DNA from: a virus | Taxonomy: Duplodnaviria > Caudoviricetes | DNA: 45,323 nt | Strand: one strand, 5' to 3' | Virus record (IMG/VR): IMGVR_UViG_3300028840_005170 | Coordinates: 1 to 45,323 of that record | Part shown: piece after piece, positions 36,646 through 43,313 of the stretch | Position numbering within the stretch: the first letter of the stretch is position 1 | How the letters are laid out: every line of letters begins with the position of its first letter | Made by a program: the position numbers and the translations under genes | The notes under the pieces: generated by a model | What the model saw: only the letters and a program-made list of their open reading frames with translations | What the model was told of the DNA's origin: nothing | The model's database searches: none

Positions 36646-36754
36646 TCTGTGCCCGCGGATGCGGGCGTGTGGTTGGCGAGCACCGAAATGGTCTCGCCGA
36701 GCCGACTGCTCGGATATCCGCCTCCTACGGATATAGAGTTCAGGGACAGACTCG
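36646..36754 (-). ncRNA. Candidate structured leader motif, copy B
   Basis: AGTCTGT/ACAGACT closing stem around several hairpins, one (ATATCCG/CGGATAT) presenting TAGGAGG in its loop. Confidence 0.55.
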
Positions 36755-36759
36755 AATGG

Positions 36760-36801
36760 CTATGGCTGCCCGCCGGCTTTCGCCGGCGGGCAGCATTTGT
36801 C
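36760..36801 (-). repeat. Intergenic hairpin motif, copy 1
   Basis: GACAAAT-GCTGCCCGCCGGC-GAAA-GCCGGCGGGCAGC-CATAG (perfect 13-bp stem). Confidence 0.88.
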
Positions 36802-36824
36802 TTGGTCGCTCGGTCGTCTCGCCG

Positions 36825-37052
36825 TTAGACCAGAGCCGGGATTCCCAGCTCGGTGCAGTAGCGGCGGAGGCGAGCGGTGCGGCGATAGATGATGCGGCGG
36901 TACTTGTTCCGCATCCGGCGGACCTGGCTCTTGGCCTTGCGGCTGAAAGCTCCGCGCAGGTCGACCGCCTTCCATTCGCCCAAGAGCCTCTCGTTCCGGC
37001 GGATTGCGGCGAGGTGCTCCCAAACGCGCTCCTGCATTCTGCTCTGCGACAT
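36825..37052 (-). CDS. Arg-rich 75-aa protein, first gene of the early transcript
   Basis: SD TAGGAGG; RKAKSQVRRMRNKYRRIIYRRTARLRR. Confidence 0.8.
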   Translation of the reverse strand: MSQSRMQERVWEHLAAIRRNERLLGEWKAVDLRGAFSRKAKSQVRRMRNKYRRIIYRRTARLRRYCTELGIPALV

Positions 37053-37073
37053 CTTCCTGCCTCCTACTCTGTC

Positions 37074-37165
37074 TTCGGATAGGGCTGCCTCGTCAGGCCC
37101 GGGTAGCCCATAATCCCCGGGCGACTCGCGGAGTTAGGAGGGCTCCGCGAGTTTCGGCATCCGAA
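37074..37165 (-). ncRNA. Hammerhead ribozyme, type II; predicted cleavage between 37123 and 37122
   Basis: UGCC-GAAA-CUCGCGGAG[cccuccuaa]CUCCGCGAG-UC/GCCCGGG[gauuaugggcua]CCCGGGC-CUGACGA-GGCA: complete core (GAAA, GUC, CUGAnGA), three paired stems, extended stem II UUCGGAU/AUCCGAA, loop I GGGCU complementary to the stem II bulge AGCCC. Confidence 0.92.
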
Positions 37166-37520
37166 TAAGAGTCTGTGTTCTCCGTCACCGCGGGTACTTT
37201 CAGGCTCGGCTGAGTAAGCCCGGCACCGCTCCGAACTGAAGGAGGGAGGTGCTCGCCCGATTTCCCGAGGCTCGCGTCTCACGACGGAAGCCCGCGTTTA
37301 CCAGAGCATCCCGAGAAATCCTTTTCCACCGTGTGGCGGCCGTCGGGACGGACGGCTCGCCGGTTTCGGATTTCGTGGCCCAGAGTGCCTCTCGCCATTT
37401 GGCGGTCACCGGCGGGAAAATGCTTTGCGAGATACCACGCCCAGCGGTCGCTTCGGTCGTCTCGCCGCTCGTTCCCACGTTTTGCCCGGGGCTTCCAATT
37501 GTCAATGAGCATCAGTTCAT
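37166..37520 (-). ncRNA. Long structured non-coding leader / candidate ncRNA
   Basis: No RBS-supported ORF; long-range pair GGAAGCCC (37496-37489) with GGGCTTCC (37293-37286) enclosing several hairpins. Confidence 0.5.
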
Positions 37521-37525
37521 CTACC

Positions 37526-37554
37526 AGTATCGCACACGGCGATAGAGGTGTCAA
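37526..37554 (-). promoter_or_regulatory. Strong sigma70-type early promoter
   Basis: TTGACA-17 bp-GATACT, extended -10 TG, AT-rich UP-like tract (AAGATATTTTTTGAGAAA) upstream. Confidence 0.88.
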
Positions 37555-37645
37555 TGGTTTCTCAAAAAATATCTTGCATCCTGTTGCATCCAGGAGCCGC
37601 CTCGAGGCATTCCAGAAATAGTCGCCATTTTCCTGGGCTGCCGTG

Positions 37646-37768
37646 GCTGCTCTGCTGCTGCTCTGCTGCTCTGCTCTGCTCTGCTGCTCTGCTGCTGCCC
37701 AGCAGAGCCTGAGGCTCTCTGCTGCTCTGCTCTGCTGCTCTGCTGCTCTGCTCTGCTGCTGCTCTGCT
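37646..37768. repeat. Tandem array of GCTCT/GCT units with a central inverted unit
   Basis: ~120 bp of (GCTCT)(GCT)n, interrupted at 37700-37718 by CAGCAGAGCC-TGA-GGCTCT. Confidence 0.92.
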
Positions 37769-39780
37769 CACACACCGCCATGCCCCTTCGTGCTGGTGCC
37801 TTCGTATTTCCGCTGTTCCCGAATGGCCCACGTCATTCGTGTGGCTGCCACGCTTGCGGCAAGAGCCGCCTCGAACTGCTCTCGCGTGGCATCCCGTGGA
37901 ATGCTCTGGGCTTGAGCCCACGAGGATACCGAGACCTTCACATCGACCCGCATCGGAATCCGGAAGTCGCTGGATTCGGCGATGGGCACCACCCGCTGGT
38001 AGAACTCGTAAGCCCGCTCCCGCAACACGCTCCAGAGATGTGAGTCGTGCACAAGGTCGAGAAGCCACGGGTCGAACTCGGGCCCGAGCTGTTCGTCGAT
38101 TTCCGTGGCCTTGAGCTTGGCGTGGTCTCCCGCGGTGCCTTGAATGATGTAGTTCACGCCCTTGTACGAGTGCTTTGCGTGAAGCCGATAGATGCGGCCA
38201 AAGTAATTCTTGACCCAGCCACGGACGCGGCACATGGTAGCCACGAGCTTCTGGAACTTCTGGATTTCTGGAATCATCGTGTGATACTCGGCGTAGAGCT
38301 TCTCCGCTACCGCTGAGGTCTCGGCATTCGTGAGGTGCTTGGCTTGCTCCTTCATGGCGGTGCCTGACACCAGAAGCTGGTGGAGCTTGGCTTCCATCCG
38401 CTCATCACCACGACGGAGGGCGAGCACGAGCACCGCGGTGAGGGATTTCAACAGGGCCTTCTTGCCCATCCCATAGATGAACGAGAAGTTCTGGGTCTTG
38501 GCGAATTGCCGAGGGACGCCCAGCATGTCTGCGAGGAATTGATGGAAGTCGGCGTCGATGTTTTCCGCATAGGCCTTCATAATCATCGGGCTCTGTGTGT
38601 AGTGCCCGAAGATTCGATACTCCATTTGTGAGTAATCAAAGTAGAGGAACACGCGACCGGGGGCTGGGATAATCCAGCCCTCTGCCACGTCGTCAATGTT
38701 CTGGAAGTTCGGGTCGCTCGACGAGAGTCGGCCCGTAATGGTGCCCCATTGCTTGAACTCGGGATGGATGCGGTCGTTCTCGTCGAGCCGGTTATACCAG
38801 CCCTCGCAGTAGGTCGAGAGGAAGTGCGAGAGTCGCGTGGCTCCGGCTAAAGTTTCGCCGAAATTGTCCGGGCACTGTGCCGGGTATTTCGCCGACTCTA
38901 GCCCGAGAGCGGTCCAGGAGGGGTCGCCCGTTCGGGTGAAGGCGATGGGCTCTATGCCCAGCTCGTGCCATAGGAATTTGGTGAGGGCTTTACCAGAATT
39001 GACATTGACCTCGTAGCCCGCCACGCCCTTGATAATCTCCAAGAGCTTGATGAGTTCGGGGAGCAAGCCCATCCAGTCGTCTCGGAGATTCTCCCGGTGA
39101 ATCAGAACGCCACGAATCTCGGACTTGAGCAGGAGCTTGGTAGTCCGCTTCTCAATTTCCCAGATACGCGTGGAAACTGCGGGGAGCTTGGCAAGCAGTT
39201 TCAGGCGGAGCTTCGCAGCCAGGCACGCGTCCCGTTCGGCATAGGGGCCCAGCACACGGATAGGAACGCGTCCGAAATCCTTGGACTTGATAGATTTCAG
39301 ATAGGCTGCTGGCTTGTCGTCTTTGCGGCCACCGACGTAATCAGCAGCGGCAGCGGCAAGCGAGTAGCCTCGCCCGCCGAATCGCTTGTCTCGTTGTTCG
39401 TCCACGATTCGCAAGAGCACCATCGTATCCTCGATGGGTCCGGCAAACTCAATGCCGTCGAAGTGCATAAAGCGAGCGTCGAACTTCGCATTGTGATTCG
39501 CATACAGGATATCCTTTCGTGCGAACAGAGTGCGAAGGTACTCTTGCACCGCGGCGAGCGGGAGATTCTCGTATTGGTCGACCTCTTGGCAGTGGTGCCG
39601 AATCGGAAGATACCACGACTCGGTGCCTTGCTCGTTCGCCAGAGCATAACCGCAGACACGATGCCCGTGGAAGGGCTTGAACGCCTTGTCCTTATCATCC
39701 CAGCTGGTGGTCTCAACGTCGCAGACCACCACGGAATTTTCGGACCATTCGGGCAGGGCCTTGAGGTCTTGAACTATCAT
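37768..39780 (-). CDS. polA: DNA polymerase, family A, with 3'-5' exonuclease
   Basis: CDVET, NHNAKFD, YAERDA; TITGRLSSSDPNFQNI, DYSQMEYR, RQFAKTQNFSFIYG, NYIIQGTAGD, VHDS. Confidence 0.96.
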   Translation of the reverse strand: MIVQDLKALPEWSENSVVVCDVETTSWDDKDKAFKPFHGHRVCGYALANEQGTESWYLPIRHHCQEVDQYENLPLAAVQEYLRTLFARKDILYANHNAKFDARFMHFDGIEFAGPIEDTMVLLRIVDEQRDKRFGGRGYSLAAAAADYVGGRKDDKPAAYLKSIKSKDFGRVPIRVLGPYAERDACLAAKLRLKLLAKLPAVSTRIWEIEKRTTKLLLKSEIRGVLIHRENLRDDWMGLLPELIKLLEIIKGVAGYEVNVNSGKALTKFLWHELGIEPIAFTRTGDPSWTALGLESAKYPAQCPDNFGETLAGATRLSHFLSTYCEGWYNRLDENDRIHPEFKQWGTITGRLSSSDPNFQNIDDVAEGWIIPAPGRVFLYFDYSQMEYRIFGHYTQSPMIMKAYAENIDADFHQFLADMLGVPRQFAKTQNFSFIYGMGKKALLKSLTAVLVLALRRGDERMEAKLHQLLVSGTAMKEQAKHLTNAETSAVAEKLYAEYHTMIPEIQKFQKLVATMCRVRGWVKNYFGRIYRLHAKHSYKGVNYIIQGTAGDHAKLKATEIDEQLGPEFDPWLLDLVHDSHLWSVLRERAYEFYQRVVPIAESSDFRIPMRVDVKVSVSSWAQAQSIPRDATREQFEAALAASVAATRMTWAIREQRKYEGTSTKGHGGV

Positions 39781-40712
39781 AATCCCAGTATCCCAGCGAG
39801 TTCATCCCCATAGCGGTCAACGTTCTCGCGGTCAAAGCGGCGAATCCAGCTAGGGTGTGGGAGATGGCGGTGCGGGATTCGCCACTGTGTCAGTAGAGCC
39901 ATTGCATTGTCGCCGAGAGCCACGACCTGAGCGGGCTCCAGCAGAGCCACCATCTCGGGCGAGAGCAACGGCTCGCCCTGCTTCGTGTAGGCGTTACAGA
40001 GGTGCACATCCTTAGGCTTGAGCCCAGCCCGCTCCATGATGCGGTAGAGGAATCCGCAGGTCGAGTCGTCGCGGCGAGAGAAGAACGGGCGATGGTCAGC
40101 CACGTGGGATTTCGGATTGACGCGGTCGCCGACGAACAGCACCTTGCCGCGCTCCAGCGTGCCGGTGCTCTTGCCGCGTGGAAAGGCTTCCGCGCTGGCA
40201 ACCGTCGTCTTGATTACGCCAATCACCTTGTGCAGGTCCTCGTGCCCGAAGCCGACACCGCCCTCGCTGCGAATGCGGACTGACGGCATCATAGACCACC
40301 ACGCCCGATGCCGTTGAGCATACATCACCGCAGCCGCTAACACATCCTGCTGCGATTCAAGCGGTTCCTCTTGCTGGCTCCAGCGTTCTGCCAGCAGGTC
40401 AGCCGGTGCCGACAACAGGATGAACACGCCGCCCGTGCGACAAGCCCGGAGCGACATCACCCACTGCTCAGTGCGTGTGAGCCCGAGCGGTCGCTGGTGC
40501 ACGGCAGCCATGATTACCTCGCTCGGCCACCAGCGGTCCACGATTGCCCGCACCGCGTGGGTCTGCGGATAGCAGAGGTCGAAAGTCTGGGAGCCCGCTC
40601 GCCCGCGGTCGGCTGACCGCTTGTAGTAAATCGGCCAATCCAGAATCCGGGCTAGCTCCTCGCAGAGCGTCGTCTTGCCTACGCAGTTCGGTCCTTCCAC
40701 ATAGACAGCCAT
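39777..40712 (-). CDS. dNMP (thymidylate-type) kinase fused to a uracil-DNA-glycosylase-superfamily domain
   Basis: VEGPNCVGKTT and IVDRWWPSE (kinase); VLFVGD..PF..CGFL..LCNA..VVALGDNA..LPHPS (UDG fold). Confidence 0.8.
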   Translation of the reverse strand: MAVYVEGPNCVGKTTLCEELARILDWPIYYKRSADRGRAGSQTFDLCYPQTHAVRAIVDRWWPSEVIMAAVHQRPLGLTRTEQWVMSLRACRTGGVFILLSAPADLLAERWSQQEEPLESQQDVLAAAVMYAQRHRAWWSMMPSVRIRSEGGVGFGHEDLHKVIGVIKTTVASAEAFPRGKSTGTLERGKVLFVGDRVNPKSHVADHRPFFSRRDDSTCGFLYRIMERAGLKPKDVHLCNAYTKQGEPLLSPEMVALLEPAQVVALGDNAMALLTQWRIPHRHLPHPSWIRRFDRENVDRYGDELAGILGL

Positions 40713-41608
40713 TCCTCTTCCTCCACTTCGTGGGTGCCGTCGAAATACCGAGCAGGGCAAGCGACGTCTCGGGGCGACGACACCTGCTCATTCGTGCCAG
40801 GGTGGATGAACTCTTCCTCATCCCACTCTTGACAATCGGCATTGTAATGCACCTCGTCGGGCTGCCACATCGGCGTCCAATTGCCCGTGTGCTTTGCTCC
40901 CTGCCACCAGCAAGTGCCGCGCTCACACGCGGACTCGAATAGCTCGGCATACTCGGGGCATTCGCCGAGCACCGCGGCCTTGAGTCGGCGAGCAAACAGC
41001 ACGGTCTCCCACGTTTGCGACATGGAGCAAACGCGTTTATTGTACAGCTGGGCGAGAATCCCGATAGGGGCCTTCATGTATATGAAGGTGGCGATGGAAT
41101 GCGGCAAGACGTACCGAGCCGACTGCACCGGAATCCCCGCGTCGACCAGCTCAGCGTATTGTGTCTTGCCGTAGAGACACGTCGTCATGTACGTGTTCAT
41201 TCGCCACTCGCCCTCAGCCATGCAGCGCGGCACGATAATGTCGCAGTGCCGAAAATCCGTGTCGCCCGTGCACTGCTGCATAAAGGTCACGCCGACTCGC
41301 TGTCGCACAAGCTGGTGTGTGAAAATTCGGGAGACGCCCGTGATGCGGAGCAGGAAGGTCGGCATCTCGGCGAGCATCCACATCCCCTTGCCCTTGATGG
41401 CTGCGTGTGCTCTGGAGCCCGGCATCGGATTCCGGATGGGCTCGATGGCATGTGTCGCCTCGACTAGCTCCGCCATGTGTGGATAGATGGTTAGCCATTC
41501 CGGGGCTTCCATCACCTCCACGCAGACGCTATCCTCCATGTCCACGAACCGCGTCAGCGGCACCTGCCCCTTGAAGGACCTCATTGGATTGGGGTACTTT
41601 CCAGACAC
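40679..41608 (-). CDS. thyX: ThyX-like flavin-dependent thymidylate synthase homologue with an altered active-site motif
   Basis: ITGVSRIFTHQLVRQR, YAELVDAGIPVQSARYVLP, KRVC..Q.WE, CERGTC. Confidence 0.82.
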   Translation of the reverse strand: MSGKYPNPMRSFKGQVPLTRFVDMEDSVCVEVMEAPEWLTIYPHMAELVEATHAIEPIRNPMPGSRAHAAIKGKGMWMLAEMPTFLLRITGVSRIFTHQLVRQRVGVTFMQQCTGDTDFRHCDIIVPRCMAEGEWRMNTYMTTCLYGKTQYAELVDAGIPVQSARYVLPHSIATFIYMKAPIGILAQLYNKRVCSMSQTWETVLFARRLKAAVLGECPEYAELFESACERGTCWWQGAKHTGNWTPMWQPDEVHYNADCQEWDEEEFIHPGTNEQVSSPRDVACPARYFDGTHEVEEEEWLSMWKDRTA

Positions 41609-42063
41609 GACACGCCTCCTTTCTCCGTGAGTAGGTCGAGCATCCGCTCATTTGGCGAGACCCAGTTGTCGGGCTTCACGCCACCGATTTCCTTCTGGAA
41701 GTTCGCCACCACGACGAGCTCCCACAATTCCTTGATGGGCAGGCCGGTCGACACGCCAACCGAAATCACAACCCAGAGTAGGTCGGTGACGGCGTCGGCA
41801 TATTTCACGACGTTATCGGTGGCGATGGCCTCGAACATTTCGGCCAGCTCCTGCAGAATCATCGCGGTGCGGCAGCGGAATGCGGAATCCGACGTCGCGT
41901 CTTCGTGCAGACTGCGGAGTTTCTCGGCGAAATCGGTGGCGGTCCGCTGGTCGACCTCGCGCGGCACCGCGGGGATGTGCGTGCGAGGAAAGCCACGCGT
42001 ATCCATCCACGTAGTGACATCCTCGACTGCCATGCCCAGCGACTTGTAAACCTGCTTGCTCAT
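41581..42063 (-). CDS. MazG-like (all-alpha) NTP pyrophosphohydrolase
   Basis: R..MILQELAEM..AI..YADAVTDLLWV..G.P..ELWELV..AN.QK..KPDNWVSP; SD AAGGAGG. Confidence 0.82.
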   Translation of the reverse strand: MSKQVYKSLGMAVEDVTTWMDTRGFPRTHIPAVPREVDQRTATDFAEKLRSLHEDATSDSAFRCRTAMILQELAEMFEAIATDNVVKYADAVTDLLWVVISVGVSTGLPIKELWELVVVANFQKEIGGVKPDNWVSPNERMLDLLTEKGGVSCLESTPIQ

Positions 42064-42500
42064 TCGTGCCCTCCTTTCCATTCTCGGATGAGGACCTCGT
42101 CGTCGCCGCCCATCCAAGCATCGACGGCGTCGAGCCCCTTCAGGAATCCGTAGCACGACTGCGAGAGCATAATGTTCAGCCCGTAGTCGTGCGTCGTAAA
42201 TGCGATGGTGCGAATGTCCCTGGAATACGCGAGGCCCATTTCCCACACGGTACCCGGGTCGAAGTCGTCTATGTAGGCGAGCACTACGTCGCTACCGGTG
42301 AGCTTCTGGACGTTCGTCACGAAAATCCGGTTCGCCTCTTCCACGCCGCCCTCGGGTCGATACTGCGGCTGGTCACGACGCGGCGAGAAACACGGAATTT
42401 CGTTAGCCCGGCAGAGAGCTTCGACGGCCTGCACGATTCCCAGCTGGCTCCACGAGAAGAACGGAGCCGCGATATACAGCTGTGCAATTTTCCGAGCCAT
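42060..42500 (-). CDS. Nucleoside 2-deoxyribosyltransferase / nucleotide N-glycosidase family protein
   Basis: LYIAAPFFS, FSPR, SDVVLA, DPGTVWEMGLAY, NIML; SD AAGGAGG. Confidence 0.9.
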   Translation of the reverse strand: MARKIAQLYIAAPFFSWSQLGIVQAVEALCRANEIPCFSPRRDQPQYRPEGGVEEANRIFVTNVQKLTGSDVVLAYIDDFDPGTVWEMGLAYSRDIRTIAFTTHDYGLNIMLSQSCYGFLKGLDAVDAWMGGDDEVLIREWKGGHE

Positions 42501-42512
42501 GCTACCTCCTTT

Positions 42513-43313
42513 CTACAGAGTTCCCTGCACCTCGATGCGAGGCATCAGGCGATTGCGGATGTGATTGCGAATCATCGTGCGAGCGGGCTTGGCATAGGGC
42601 GTGCCCGCAAACCATTGCTCGGTCCACGCCAGTTGCTTGGTCAAAGCGTCGAGAGCCCGCTTGGCCTTGTAAGGCTCGCCTTTCCCGGTGCCCTTGACGC
42701 CACGATGCTTGTAGGGGAAGACGACGTCGAGGAGCTTGAATCCCCGGCGGTGAGCTTCCATGTTGAAAGTGAAATCCCACCAGTACCGCGTATGCTTGAA
42801 CAGCTCGGCCCAATCTATGGTGGTCAACACACGACGGTGAATGAAGGTGCTCCCGAACGTGGCCCACGGACAGCTATCAATCTCGCGGGCATCGTGCACC
42901 GCCAGCTCGTCATTGTATTTCCAATGCTGATAGAACTTGGAGACGGGCCCCACGACGCCGACGCTTTCATCGGCATCGAAGAGTTCCAGTACTCGCTTGG
43001 CCATGGTGAAGGGGCATTCGTATACAGCATCGTCGTCCATCACGCCGATGATTTCGTGCCGCCCGATAAGGAAGTCATGGAACAGGTATTCCAGCATTCC
43101 CGGCAAGAACCCATCCGTCTTCCCGCAGTAATCCTTGATGGGGTGGCCCGAATCCCCGAAGAGCGTTGCCTCTTCTTGCGGGAGGTGCTCGCCATGGACT
43201 GCGATGCAGAAGTCGGCGACGGATGCGGTCCAGGGAATCTCAAGGTTCGCCCGCATTTCGGGCCAGAGCCTGCGACCTGTGAGACGCGTCTGGTAGAGGA
43301 TTAGCCGTTTCAT
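42513..43313 (-). CDS. GT-A fold (GT2-like) glycosyltransferase
   Basis: IIGVMDDDAVY (DxD), VGVVG, WWDFTFNMEAHRRG; ATGA coupling to the helicase stop. Confidence 0.65.
   Translation of the reverse strand: MKRLILYQTRLTGRRLWPEMRANLEIPWTASVADFCIAVHGEHLPQEEATLFGDSGHPIKDYCGKTDGFLPGMLEYLFHDFLIGRHEIIGVMDDDAVYECPFTMAKRVLELFDADESVGVVGPVSKFYQHWKYNDELAVHDAREIDSCPWATFGSTFIHRRVLTTIDWAELFKHTRYWWDFTFNMEAHRRGFKLLDVVFPYKHRGVKGTGKGEPYKAKRALDALTKQLAWTEQWFAGTPYAKPARTMIRNHIRNRLMPRIEVQGTL

Noticed and set aside
34931-36801. Hairpin motif as intrinsic terminators, integron attC sites, or hatchet/pistol/twister ribozymes
   Set aside because: No U-tracts; no RYYYAAC/GTTRRRY ends or integrase; catalytic consensus blocks of those ribozymes not found
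37064-37554. ORFs 37064-37282, 37200-37505 and 37279-37554 in the early leader
   Set aside because: No SD, non-ATG starts within promoter elements or stems, and they run through the hammerhead or structured region
37646-37768. Repeat array as a CRISPR array or as a coding SSRAEQQ repeat (ORFs 37551-37781, 37562-38233, 37643-37915)
   Set aside because: No unique spacers or cas genes; the ORFs are low-complexity translations without RBS that overlap the polymerase or promoter region
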